A model generated the notes under the pieces. The model was not told where the DNA came from and made no database searches. It saw only the letters and a program-made list of their open reading frames with translations. Shown here one piece after another: positions 26,715-40,439 of a DNA stretch of 64,000 nt (position 1 is the first letter of the stretch; each line of letters starts with the position of its first letter). Both the position numbers and the translations under genes were made by a program. The DNA is from Eledone cirrhosa (taxonomy: Eukaryota), in contig OZ024742.1 of NCBI GenBank assembly GCA_964016885.1, positions 123,628,001 through 123,692,000 of the forward strand. The letters run 5' to 3'.

Positions 26715-26977
26715 ATGACTACTGACCAGCAAGCCCACAACGGACGATATTGGTCTGAAAATGAAATTGACCTCTTAATAAACACATGGTTTTCTCTGTC
26801 ACAAACATCAAACATTAAAGCGTCATGTCTGAATGAAATTGCTGAAAAAACAGCCCAAACATTTACGACGAGATCTGCTAAGCAGATACACAACAAACTA
26901 AAACACGTAGAAGTCACTTTCAAACTAATTCAAAACCAATTTGAAAAACTTCGACATATTTACTCTAATGGACAAAC

Positions 26978-27064
<87 letters not shown>

Positions 27065-27935
27065 GCAACAGCCACAACAACAACAACAACAGCCACAACA
27101 ACAACAGCCACAACAACAACAACAGCCAGTAAGCCAGGAGCAACCACTACTGAATTCAAGCATAATCGCTGAACTACTGAATGACAATATCACTCAGCCA
27201 CTGACTCAGCCATCATTATCGCCATCACCATCACCACCGTCACCATCTCCTGCCACATCAACATCTTCTGTCACATCAACTGCTAGTAATGGACCACTGC
27301 TTTCTCTCCCACCACTGTTGTCATCATCATCATCACTACCAATGCTTTCTTCCCCCACATCACGACCACAACCATGCCATAGTCAAAAGAACTATAAAAA
27401 AAGTTCCATGGAGCTGTATGCACCTCCCACTACACATACTAGAAACCCCCAACTATGCTGCTACTCACTACGTCAGAGGTTATGCACACGTAGCGACTGT
27501 ATATTTACCCATTTACCGGGTACTAGGCGCACTAACACTGCCAGCCATCACCAAAGCACGCTGCCTGCACGTATCAGCCGCAGTCCCAAAATCTGCCAAC
27601 ATTCCCAACGTGAGAGGCTATGTCTGCTGACTGAGTGTCCCTTCACTCATCTTCCTGCGACACAACACACGAACAGAAAAGAGGCTTCATGGCAACCCAC
27701 AAACCACAATAAAGCCACCCCCTGCTGCGGTAATGCTGCTCCAGTCTCCTCACAAAGACATGATTACAACAACAAAAACAACAAAAGTAATGCTGCTCCT
27801 GTCTTGTCACAAAGACACAATTACAACAAATACAACAACAACAACAAAAGAGGGAACTGCAACCCTATCCAATGTTGTAACCACAAATCCAAACAAAAAC
27901 CGTTCCCTGAACAAAAAAAAATCTTTCTTTTTTAA
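26715..27935 (+). CDS. LINE ORF1: Myb/SANT-like N-terminus, polyQ, Ser/Pro linker, two CCCH zinc fingers
   Basis: 406-aa open frame; WSENEIDLLINTW..RSAKQIHNKLK; C-x8-C-x4-C-x3-H twice. Confidence 0.75.
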
Positions 27936-28049
27936 CCATGAGATAGAGAAAATCATTTTAGCCATCACCCAACACCATCCTTGCTGTCACTAACACACAA
28001 TCACAAAACAAGCCCCTGGCAACAGTCAAAACCAGCCACCACACTAGCC

Positions 28050-30960
28050 TCCACATTCTTACTCAATACACAAGGTATCAGCCGATCCATCAATGCACAG
28101 AAATGGAAGATCCAATTCATTGAGGATTGGATTGGTAACCATCCATTTCATATCCCCTTCTACATACTTACTGAGACCCACCTTGACAACTCCCACTTGG
28201 AGGCCGAAGTAAGAGTGAGAAATTTCACAACCATCCGTGCGGATCGTGTTGGCAGAAGGAAGGGTGAACTGCCATGTTCCTGAATGATTCCTTTAAGGCA
28301 GATAGCAACACAACATTCTCTAATGGATACTGTGAATCAGTCACTGTGCACAATAAAGCCAATCACCTGACATTAGTTGGGTTCTATAGGCGACCACAAA
28401 CACCCATAATCTGTTTCAAAGAATGCTCAACAGTATTAAATGCTTTATTAAACAGTACCATTCTAGCAACATACTTTTGATGGGAGACTTTAATATACCC
28501 TGTGTCGATTGGTCTACATGTAGTTTGAAACCAGGCTCCACAGCCCCAACCACTGACAAAGAGGCTGTCGAGTCACTTCTTGACTTCATGAATGAGTTGT
28601 TTTTGTCCCAAGTTGTCCTTGCACCCACGAGGCATCAGAAGAACATTCTGAATCTAGTGTTTAGTAACCACACTAACACTATACATAATATTACAGTGGA
28701 AAAAAACCCTTCTCTCAGACCATGACATTGTTCTTTGTAAACTGAGAATCCACCAGCCAAAAGCTAATACCAGGGTCCTCTCTCCAGTCCACCCATTTGA
28801 TAACATAGATCTCCACAATGCCAACTGGGATGCAATTATGAACGAACTATCACATGTCGACTGGTCTTTTACACACGCACACACTTCCACCAACATCAAA
28901 ACATCTTGGCAGATCTTTGTAGACACTGTCACAAATATATGTACAAAACACACCCCACCAAAACCTGTGAACCAAACCAAGTGCAGTATTCCCCAAAACA
29001 GAAAAACAATTATCAGAAAAATAAAAAGAACAAACAAAAAAATTAACTCACTAAAATACTGCCAACAGCAGCACACACGTTCAATGGATATCACCCTGCT
29101 TCAGTGAAAAAAATATAACCTCCAGCAATGCATGATGACCATCATCAATAAACAGAGAATAGCTGAAGAGAGGTGGGCCATGGTGAAAATCAAACTCAAC
29201 CCCAAAGTGTTCTTCTCATTCGCTAAAAAACACAAGGTCACCGTCTCCACTGTTGGCCCCCTAGTTGATGAAAATGGCACACTCCAGGATAATGCCAAAA
29301 CCATGGGCGAGATACTGCAGAAACCATACTGCTCTGTGTTCAGCAACCCTGATATGGCCGATCTGGGCCGTATCAGTGATATTAACACCCAACACACTAT
29401 ATCAGACATAACGTTTGGCGCCCCTGATGTCTTAGCGGCAATAAACGAAATTAAACACAATTCAGCAGTAGGCCCCGACAGGCTCCCTGCTTGTGTCCTG
29501 AAGGTGTGTCGACAGCAACTTCCAACTCCTCTTGCTAATCTGTGGAGGAACTCACTGGACACTGGCTATATTCCTGAAAACTTTCTGTCCCAGTCCGTTA
29601 TCCCAGTCTTCAAAAAGGGAAATAAGTCCCTTGCAGTGAATTACAGTCCGATCTCACTCACCTCTCATATAATCAAGGTATTTGAGAGGGTGGTCAGATC
29701 ACGAATAACCCACTTTTTTGAAAGCAACGGCCTGCTGAACTGCAACCAACATGGGTTCCGTAATGGAAGGGACTTCCTAACGCAGCTCCTGCATCACTTT
29801 GACGATGTTTTGAGAGCCTTGGGAGAAGGCTCCAACACTGATGTCATGTACCTTGATTTCAGCAAGGCCTTCGACATGGTTGATCATAAGATTCTACTGA
29901 AAAAACTATCCAATGTTGTGTCTCTGGAAGGTTACTACAGAGGATCAAATGTTTCCTGACAGGCATAACCCAGCATGTTGTAGTCGAAGGAGTAAAATCA
30001 AGCCCTGCCAAAGTCAGAAGTGGCGTCCCACAAGGCACTGTGTTGGGCCCACTTCTTTTCATCATCTACATTAATGACATTACTGACATCATCAAACACA
30101 GCAACATCAGAATCTTCGCAGATGATTCCAAGCTCCAAAGGGTCACCAATGAGGTGGGTGACCGGACTTGCCTTCAGTCAGACCTACTGGCTGTTATCCA
30201 ATGGGCAGATATCAATAATATGCTGTTGAATGAGGATAAATTTGAATTAATCCACTTTGGAAAAAAGGATGCCCTGAAACTACCATACTCTCTTCCTTCG
30301 GGTGAAACTCTAGTGGCATCCAATAACATCAGAGACCTGGGAGTAATTGTGGACAACAATATAAGCTGGGCCATTCATATAAACAGCAAAGTTGATATGG
30401 TCCGCAGAATGTGTTCTTGGATTCTCAGAACTTTCCAGTCGAGAGATATCCACACTGTTGTCCTTCTCTTCTCCACTTTTGCCCGACCCCATCTTGAATA
30501 CTGTTGTCCACTGTGGTCACCCCACACGAAACAAAGTATCATGAAAGTTGAAGCACCCCAAAGGTCAATTACAAAAAAGGATAGTTGGCATGACAGGCCT
30601 TGACTATTGGGGTCGATTAGAAAAGCTCAAACTCTATTCTCTTCAACGTCGCCGTGAGCGCTACATTATCTATAAGATGTGGAAAATATTCCATCAGTTT
30701 AGCCCAAATGATGTTGGCATCACCTTTAGTGTACACCCAAGGCTTGGGCCCCGTGCTATCCGCCCACGACAAAAATCCCACTCGCATCACATAACAACAA
30801 TACGGCACAATTATTTCACCTCAATTGGCCCTGCCCTCTTTAACATTACACCAAATCACATCAAAGCAGAGACAGACCCCATCAAGTTCAAGAAGTCTTT
30901 GGATAAATTCCTTCATAAATCCCGGATAAGCCTCCTACATCCGGATATTCCTCTGTAAAC
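28050..30960 (+). pseudogene. LINE ORF2 (APE endonuclease plus reverse transcriptase), frameshifted
   Basis: LTETHL, LMGDFNIP, SDH; YSPISLTS, QHGFRNGR, YLDFSKAFDMVDH, GVPQGTVLGPLLF, FADDSKL, RDLGV, RPHLEYC, split over several frames. Confidence 0.93.
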
Positions 30961-31176
30961 AATAACTCTCTGCTCGAGTGGGCCATGGTGCCCAAACACT
31001 GATTTGTAAGACTTCGCCAGGTGGTGCTATTAAATTAGACATGGCCTGGGCCAATACTGGCCGAAACCTATCAAAGTTATCAAAGTTATATATATATATA
31101 TATATATATAACAATTATGTACCCTAAATGTTCTAAATGACTAGGATTCTAGTTACATGTTTTCGACATTCCTTAT

Positions 31177-31221
31177 GCTCCGATGACTCCAGACTTCCCT
31201 CTGGAAGAAACAATTGTCGGC
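31177..31221 (+). ncRNA. Type I hammerhead-like motif with one core change
   Basis: gct-CCGATGA-C-TCCAGA cttccc TCTGGA-A-GAAA-CAATTG-TC-ggc. Confidence 0.6.
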
Positions 31222-31265
31222 TAATAAATGATCTAAACTAAAATTCGATCGTTTTAACACTTTGT

Positions 31266-31338
<73 letters not shown>

Positions 31339-32035
31339 CGCGTGTGTGTGTATTACTATTTCTATTTTTAAATGTGACTTCGTTCCATCATGAACGATAA
31401 TTCTATCTACATGAAAAATATTTTGGTTTATATATACGTAATCACATGCGGTTTTGAATAAAATAATTTATCCTCAAATTTGATGCGGTATTAAATATTG
31501 TGTTTTCATAACATACATCATTAACTATGTCAGTATTATGTGTAGCTATTACATACCCACGCACAAAGAGTTGTCATGAAAGCCTTCACACAGAAGGCAA
31601 CATAACGAGTGATTTGAGCTGCTATAAATAGTAGGCAAACACCATGAAATCCCACACATAAAATCGTTATAACAGACGCCTTCACTTATAATAAATAACG
31701 TAACAAACATCACCCTGTTCATGTGTTTCACCATATATTAATTATATTTGAGACCATGTCTATTTAATATGTGTTGGTGCGTTTTATGTACCGTAACATA
31801 AGGGTGCGTCAACAATGAAATCGATAAAATATGTACCAGGCTCAAAGGATTAGTGCTGTATTCATACGTTCGACTGCAATGAAGACTGAGCCCAAGCATG
31901 GTCACGGACTAACTGTTTTATATCAATAAAATGTTAATCATATTTTTTGTTAATCATATTTTTTCCCGTCTTTTATGTCAAATATCTAAAAAATATTTTC
32001 GTTTCAAATAAGATTTTCAAAGTTTTTACTACTAG

Positions 32036-32079
<44 letters not shown>

Positions 32080-32132
32080 TTATATAACTATATATATATA
32101 TGATTCTCTGTGTGTGTGTGTGTGTGTGTATG

Positions 32133-32167
<35 letters not shown>

Positions 32168-32186
32168 CCACACACACACACACACA

Positions 32187-32262
<76 letters not shown>

Positions 32263-32394
32263 ATTATATATATATATATATCAGTTTATCCCGGGTTCAA
32301 TCGGGGAAAACCACAGTAAATATGGTATTCAATACCTAGCAGAGTATCAATATTTAATATAGAAATGACTTCTACAGGACTAGATGCTTCCTAG

Positions 32395-32445
32395 GGCTTC
32401 CTGATGATTTCTCCCGAATGAAACAGTTCTAGTCGTGTAGAAGCC
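32395..32445 (+). ncRNA. Type I hammerhead ribozyme in a short inverted PLE terminus (32280-32462)
   Basis: ggcttc-CTGATGA-TTTC tccc GAAT-GAAA-CAG..GTG-TA-gaagcc; 32350-32384 is inverted to 32428-32462. Confidence 0.8.
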
Positions 32446-32455
32446 ATTTCTATAT

Positions 32456-32523
<68 letters not shown>

Positions 32524-32763
32524 CATATACATGAATACACATTCTATAAATTCAAACGGCTGAGGTGCTTATCTGTAACTAAGAGTATCTCTTTCTTTGC
32601 GCCTCTGTTATTCGAACTGAAGACATCTCTGAGGACGGGAAATTCGAGAGTTTACCCTATCGCATCCATTCTGTTTTTTGAAAAGAAGGCGGCGATTGTG
32701 AGTATGTTGGACATCTACTGGTATGACTTATGAAGAAAAAACATTAAATAAGCAACAACAACA

Positions 32764-32794
<31 letters not shown>

Positions 32795-32824
32795 CTACTT
32801 CTTCTTCTTCTTCTTCTTCTTCTA

Positions 32825-34075
32825 GTCCGAGCATCAGCACCTCAATTTATGTTGGTATGACGCACGAATAAGGGAATAAGTGTGCAGTAAGGCATCAAAC
32901 GTAAAATAAGATCTAATGGGACAAGGCTTCCTACACTCGTAAACGTGTCCTGATTGCATGACCCGTCGATTTGTAAGAGTCCGAGGAGAACGTTTGAAGA
33001 AACTGAATTTGGCGGCATATGAGGTCGGTTTATGACGTCTCTCTACAACATTAGTGTTGAAGTCCTAGGTTTTAGGAGAAAAACAAAAACATCAAAACTG
33101 GTTTGATGAAACTGACTCTCAGATTAACCACATATTAAAGTAAAAAATGATGCCTCAATTGGATATACTTCATGAGATGTCAGGCCATCCTACTCTGTCA
33201 CAGATCCAACAGACTGTGGTGGGGCTTAATACTGGGAAGGCACCGGGTCTTGATACTATTCCTGCTGAGGTCTTGTTTCGTGGGGGTGACAACATAGCTG
33301 AGGAGATTTACCATTTGATTTCTGATATTTCGTCGGGTACGCATCTTCCTCATGACTGGATTAATGCGATCCTTGTTACTTTGTTCAAGATAAATGTGTT
33401 AAAGTCGGTGAGTATAAAATAACTGCAGGGGGTCAATACATCGATCTTAGAAAAACTACTCATTCGAAACCAAATTTATTGGGCAGGGCATTTAAGACGC
33501 ATGGGAGATGAGAGGTTGCCTAAGTGAATTTAGTATGGAGAGTGAACTCTTGGTAAATGCCTTAGACAGAAACCCAAGAAACATTTTAGGGATTTGTCAA
33601 AGGCAATCTGAAGAGATTGGTATTAGTGTTAAGTATTGGGAAGATGAGGGTAAGAGCAGATATGGTGGGAGAAGTCTGGTTTATGTTGGTTGTGATCGTT
33701 TTGAGGTCAAACGGATGGAACATTCGGTATTTAATAGAGGACTCTGGAAAGCTGATATAGACTCAGTCCCCGAGGATATCCTGACGGATCATGTCTGTAA
33801 CGTCTGCGGAAAGGAGGCTCTTTACCCTGTCAGGTTTGCTAACCATTTAAGAGCGGACAGCAATCAATAGTTTGGGATCGGTTATGTTGGTGTGCTCCCT
33901 GAAAGGACTATGGAGCATTTGTGTCAGTTTTGTAGCAAAGCCTGTTGGTCCGCTACTAGATTCAAGCGGCACATAGGAGTGTATAAGAAGGAGGTTCCGT
34001 TCAGGACTATCATTTGCGGTCGCATGGCCGTTCAGTACAATGTTGAAGAGATGGCTCTCTTCTGTAAAAAAGTGA
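32825..34075 (+). mobile_element. RTE-clade LINE, internally deleted, with C-terminal C2H2-like fingers
   Basis: KHQNWFDE, LNTGKAPGLDTIPAEV, PHDWINAILVTLFK, WAGHLRRMGDERLP; CNVCGK..ANHLR and CQFCSK..KRHI. Confidence 0.8.
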
Positions 34076-34085
34076 CAGGTATCAT

Positions 34086-34126
<41 letters not shown>

Positions 34127-34304
34127 ATATATATTATCTATGTCAGTAACCATTTTCTTTCAAAGTTTTGTGTAAACACGTACATACATGTTGACACACA
34201 CCATACACATACACGCACATATATATATTCACACTCATAATATATATATATATAGAGAGAGAGAGAGATAGATAGAGAGAGAGGAGGAGAGAGAGAGTAA
34301 GAGA

Positions 34305-34385
<81 letters not shown>

Positions 34386-34790
34386 ATATACAAACTTATT
34401 TATTTTATTGAAATAACCACTTCGGTTGTCAATTTACTAACTTAATTTTGTTTTATGAATTTTATTTTCTGTATAAAGTGATATTGATGCTTGCCACTGT
34501 CTGCTGAACCTGAAACATACTATAAATATATACACTCTTGTATATATTTGATATATTACTTCCGCTGTTAATCTTTACATTCATTAATCAAAAGAAACTC
34601 AAGAACATTTTCTTGACAACTATCACTCTTGCCTTAAGTGCCATCAATGCAGATGTGTATCATGCCAATTCGTGCAGTCTATTGCTTGTATACTAGATGT
34701 CAGCTACCTTGTACAATTGAAAAATGTTAATATTCACATTTACTTCGGCAAAACATATCTTATACTTCATTTTCTCTTTTGTTCAAATAG

Positions 34791-34838
34791 CTGAGGGCTC
34801 CATGTGGACCGGATGGTGGACATATGAAGGCATTTCAG
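34791..34838 (+). CDS. CA10: 48-nt internal exon of a CA10-like carbonic anhydrase-related protein (CARP) gene
   Basis: Pyrimidine tract plus AG at 34789-34790, GTAAG donor at 34839; phase 1-1; reads xEGSMWTGWWTYEGISG, matching the invertebrate CARP WWTY(D/E)GISGP motif. Confidence 0.75.
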
Positions 34839-35574
34839 GTAAGATAATATTTTTCTATTAGTGTTTTTGTATTCATATTTTAACGTATTCATATAAATAT
34901 ATCATTAAAAAAAATGAACATCTACATATTTTGTTTACATCTGTGGAATTATATTTCGTTGAAGCAGCATTTGTTTGTTACATGTTCACTTTTTGCATAA
35001 TAGAAAAAATGTTCAAGGATTTTGTCAAATAATTTCTGCTTTAGAATTGAATCACATCACTCCATAACCAAATAACCACCACAACCACAACACCACGCAT
35101 ATAATCTGACCTCCCAAATTCGTAGGCCGAGTGCTCTCTCATCATTAGTGTGTCTGCGGCTCTACGATCTAACACAACTACAATGGTCCCTGGTCCTCGG
35201 AGCTGGATGGTCTTATGGTACCTCACCCTAGGCTTGGCACTTTTCACCCTGCCGTGATTAGAGCCGAAACCACGCAGTAACCTCCAATGACTAGTTTTTG
35301 AAGTCGAAAAGATTAGCCACTTGGAGGTCCCTCCTGTTTCATGTCTTTTCTACAACGACAGCATCAATCTCTCCAGTTTCGGAGATTCTTTGAAGGCCAT
35401 GCGCACTGTTTCTTCCAATTAGACCATCTATAAATGGATTACAGATCCTCACACACCAGCTAGTATAGGATTTCCGTAATGACGGGATTCAGTTTCTCTT
35501 AGTTTATAAAGTAGGTAATTCCCTCTCCCCCTCTCAATGAAGTGACAGTTTTTTTATATTTTTCACTCCAACTA

Positions 35575-35778
35575 GCGTTGGATTTCAGTACTACCGACTC
35601 CAACTGTTGACGGATTTCAGTACGGTTGAGTCCATCTGGTACGGATTTCAGTACTTCTCACTCCATCTGATGACAGATTTCAGTACGGCTGAGTCGATCT
35701 GGTACGGATTTCAATACTTCTCACTCCATGTGTTGACGGATTTCAGTACGGCTGAGTCGATCTGGTACGGATTTCGGC
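35575..35778. repeat. Tandem repeat, 63-bp period built from two related 31-32-bp subunits
   Basis: Recurrent CGGATTTCAGTAC core; about three 63-bp periods. Confidence 0.85.
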
Positions 35779-38700
35779 ACAAAACAACTCTTAATATTTC
35801 ACTGACTTCTTTCGTCGACCTGCTGTTTTTCTGACGTGTGTTAAGCGTTTAAACATATCCTGAGCTGGATTCCCATACAGACGCCAAGATACCGTTATTT
35901 AATCAAATAACAAATGTGGGCCTGAGCTCTGTGGTGATCTGGCGCCAAAGGCGTTGAAGTGCTATGGTGATGCTACAACAAATTTTCTAGCACGAATTAC
36001 TACTTCCTATACGCCAATGCATCTCATCTACCTTCCTGTTTGAATTATGATAGATATACTTTTTTTAAGAGCCAATAACTAATTTAAACTAGATATATGT
36101 TAGAAAATGAAATATACTCATATGTTGAGATAAGTAAATTATCCACAAAAAGTATAAGTTATATACGATAAAAACGATATTGTTTTATTTCTGACAAGAT
36201 GCATTAATGATCTAGCTTGTTAAATTATTGTAAATATTTGTTATCCTATTTACATTCCTTAAGACAGAAGCAATATGACAAAGCGAAATACATTTGAAGA
36301 TGGTACTAACTTGATAATGTATATATAAATCATTTTCTGAATTGTTTGCTTGAATTATTAATTGATGTTATGTTAATCACATGATCAATACAAGTAGTCT
36401 TTCTATCAATTTATATATTTCTCTTTCAAGATAGATCCATTATTAGTGTTGGTGATATAATACTTCAGTAATTAATTTCACCTTTAGGCAGCAAAGTGTA
36501 CAATTTTAAAAGCTTAAATTGTTTGTTAGTATAATACACATTAATTCCACATATACGAACAAATACATCTATATGTCATCTATATGTCTGTTCATCTTTC
36601 CTCCTATGCTTACATGTTGAGGTGTGGTACGCGTGTATATATGTATATATGCGAGCTGCGTCCGAGGAAATAGTTTCACGACGTCAATATCAAAATTTTC
36701 CCCTTCCTTCGGGGTTAATTATTAATTCTGGGAAAATTTTCAGGTGAGATAGCTGTTACATGTAAATATGAATCGTATCGCAAGTTACTATCACTATGAA
36801 TCACTCGTGTCTATATTTAGATAATGTTAATTAAGGTTTCGTAATTATCTTAATTAAGCAAATTACTGTGTATTTCTACATCGAGTTCTAGCATCTACAT
36901 TAAAATTTCGATTTCATACAGCAGGGGGCGTCCTTGTGATTTTCTCCAATAATTTATGTATACGCTTATGACTGCTTCATTATAACGGAATACCGGGTGA
37001 TTAATGTGATATCGTTCGAATTTTAACCACCTTCGGAGAAAATGCTTTACTTTTTCTGAGGTCAAATATATCGAAATATGTCGAATATGCTTTAAACTGA
37101 GTTTATTTGACTTGTTGCAGTCATTTACCTATATTATGTTCATATAGCTTGTCTCCCACGGATATATATATGTGATTTCATATACACAAATGTATTATGA
37201 AAGTTATGACAAATGTATTGTAGAATTCGGTCAAGGACATGAAAAAACAGGATTTGCCTTTTTTGTGATCTTCCAAATATATCTTTCAATTTGCAACAGA
37301 TATGCCCACTTTTACGCACAAGGAATAGAGTGGTGAACATATGGTTATCGTAGAATTACATGCACATAAATCATTTGTGAATGTTCTTCATCTACCGATT
37401 CCCCATGCGTAACAATATTGGTATTTGAAAGCTTAATGACTTCATATAGTGAAACTGAGATCACCTTTAGATATTGTAGCAAACACAATTTCAGAACTCT
37501 ATAATGCCAACTTTCTTTCGAATTTCCAATAAAAAACGAGGCATGATATTCGTGGAAGAGTGTAGTTAATGGGTCCTGCACTCTTGTTTAAAAGAAACCA
37601 CGCTGGTGTCTTGATCAAGTATACATGAAAACACGGATGACTGACTGACCACCCAGTCAACAAACTCATTCACCATCAGTGCTCATGTCGCAACTTGAAC
37701 GCTCCAGAATAAAGAGAAAATGGATTCAACAGTATTTTGGTTTGTTATTATGGCTTCCTTCTATACATTTGAGGTCGATAAAAACAAGTAACAATCTTGT
37801 ACTTCGGCTGATTCTTCCTCTATATCTCTTACTCACTTACTTTCTCTTACTCTCTATCCTTCTCTGATAGAAATCTTCTATTTTCCGACATGGAGCGGTA
37901 TGGGCTCCATTAGGTTTTAAATTTCCAAGAAACACTGTATGCCTTTATAGCCACCCTACGACTCTATCGGGAGTTTCGGGACCATACCATACCAGAATAA
38001 GTGTAATTCCGTATGTAAGATGTAATTAACCAACATTTGATATTGTACATGTGAACTGGAAGCCCACTGGTGATGGATAATGGTGATTCTTATTCGAAGC
38101 GTCTTGACCTTCAGAATACATTTGTGAAACACAAAATATAACTTAAATTTGTCAGTACTTACAAGGAATGAATTTAAGTTGCACGCATGAATTTGATTTG
38201 AGATTTGTGTCGAAAGTTGTACGGTATTTCTTGTTTTTATAAATCGAACTTTAATTTTCATTGTTGAATATGCATGTATTTATGTATTTAATTAATATCT
38301 TGCTTTTTGTTTCTCAACTGTAAGAATTACTAGATACTTCCTTAGTCCGTCATGGCTTACTAGCTCTGTACGGACGTTCAAATTGATTAAATAGATAAAA
38401 CAATATTAGCTATTAGCTGATAATGATAGGAAGTTATTTTAAAAGGGTTGATATAAAATCTAGACTAATTTAGCGAATTAAAGAGGGTGTTATTTGTTTT
38501 TAGAGTATCGGTTATAAATCTGAATGGAAACGAGCTAATTGTACATGTTAAATGAGTAGTCTAAGATACATATATACTCTTGTCCGAAGAACACCGGTGA
38601 AACAATTGATATTTCCTGCAAAACATATTTTAAAATGTATTTCTATATGCATTGATTACTCAAGTCACTGCTAATAAATAGTTCTGTGTCGCGCAAAGAT

Positions 38701-39479
38701 GCATAGTGAAATTAGTGAAACATGAAGTGAGATTAAGTGAAATTAAACCGTTAATGGGAGGCGGAATCATTAGTGTTAATGGCAAGGGAAAAAGCCTCTA
38801 GAATTGGAATTAAAATTCAGTGGGTATTGTTAGACCGCAGGCAATTATAGACTTTTAGGGTAATAGTATATGTGGAAAATTTGCTGATCGAATAAACAAT
38901 TGAAAATAATAACATTGAAAATCGTCTCAAGGGTACAATATGCATGGAATCATTAATTACAAGCTACAATACTTAATGCATAAATTTTAATCAATTGAAA
39001 TTATATTCGTAATGACTAGAAATATTCATTAGTGTTAATCATAATGATAATGCATTTCAAGAAATAAAATTGAAATAATTTTGATAGCTAAGATGGCTAA
39101 CATCTAAAATGGAGATATCCGCTGAAATTTGTTATTATATAGCCAACATATTTTCATTGCTAAATATATAGTATTTCTACAAATCAGATTGGAGCCACAT
39201 TTCACGTAATCTCATTGAAGACTTCGATATTAATCTCCACATAATTTTCATTTGACAATCTGATCCACATCTTCGTGATCGTTTCAGATTATTTTTGTAA
39301 TAAGTTGATAAACATTATATGATACTGATTATCTATATGTCTTTAAATAAGATACGTTATCTTTGTTATAATGTTTAAACAGTAATATACTGGAAGGTGT
39401 ATATATTACGTTCCTGGTGAGCAGAGATAGCTAGCCTGCTCCGAAAATACGTTATCTAGATCATATATCATATTCAGAG

Positions 39480-39800
39480 ATCATATTGCTACTGGGAAAG
39501 CATCAATACAGTTTCAATAATATCTCAAGAGAAAGACGACTTTGGTAGGCTAATATTTCTGATGATTATCTTAAACGCCTGTACATAAATTTGTGTTAAC
39601 ATTTAATATACATTTAAAGCATGTTGCAGATTATGCAGGGGGTTCTGTGAATGTTGTTAATGAATAGGCAGTTGACGTTGTCAGTAATGTGAAACTGGGA
39701 TTTTGTTCGATAAATATGATTCGCATAATGAACGGAATAGATATGACATGTAGAAAAAAAACCCTGTGCTATACTGTTTCCTATGTGTGAAAGGTTGTAC
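39480..39800 (-). mobile_element. Ancient PLE GIY-YIG remnant
   Basis: FHITDNVNCLFINNIHRTPCIICNML resembles the FxIxxxxxCxxxNxIYxIxCxxC pattern. Confidence 0.4.
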
Positions 39801-40439
39801 ATATGGTAGGATATTAATATTTTAAAGATTTAAAGAGTGGCTTCTGAAACAATCGGCGTTGTGTCAGTGTCAGCGAGTTAATGTTGAAGTTTAATACAGC
39901 TAGATTCGAAAACTTTTTCAAATAGATATGCGAAAACTGAAGCAGTATTTTGCGTTAATCTCTAGCTTAAATATACGCAATATTGCACTAGTTTTGCTAG
40001 AAATTATACAGATTAAACGCGAGATGTGTTGTTCGAAATGAAAAGAAAATAATTTGCGATGCTTTTTAAGTTCTTAGGATATTACTTTTAATACTGTTGT
40101 ATTAATTCTGAAAGTCATCCACTAAAATTAATACAACTTTAAACCAATTATATAGTAAATCTCAGACGTTTCGTTTCTTTCAATAAACTTCAGGGGATAT
40201 TCGTTTTATTTAGCTGTCAATTTCTTATACTAGAATTCAGTATAATTCGATAGTTTCTTATTTGATACTGATAAGATAGCTTATCTATACTGGTTGTTCC
40301 ATTGCTTTTCAATTGATTTTGTTAATATGTACCCTGTCAGGATCTGTTGTGGACAATTATAACTATAATGAGTCTTTGTTTTCCAATTTCTCTAAATAAT
40401 TTTCAATTCAACATAAGATTTTCCGGTAAATGCAGAATC

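Larger units (their letters stand above)
26120..31089 (+). mobile_element. Near full-length CR1/L2-group LINE
   Basis: Repeated 5' UTR, ORF1, APE+RT ORF2, 3' stem-loop and (TATCAAAGT)2 tail joined to (TA)n. Confidence 0.92.

Noticed and set aside
26925-27193. Poly-L, poly-C, poly-V and poly-N ORFs, or a host polyQ gene
   Set aside because: Alternative frames of the (CAA)n tract inside LINE ORF1
32610-32650. CTGAAGA..GAAA hammerhead-like core
   Set aside because: Stem III and the cleavage triplet are missing; at best a decayed copy. Similar relics near 16005, 58345 and 60410-60455 were not called
37140-37670. Possible second mariner relic
   Set aside because: Only faint PYSP/YLF-like traces; too decayed to support
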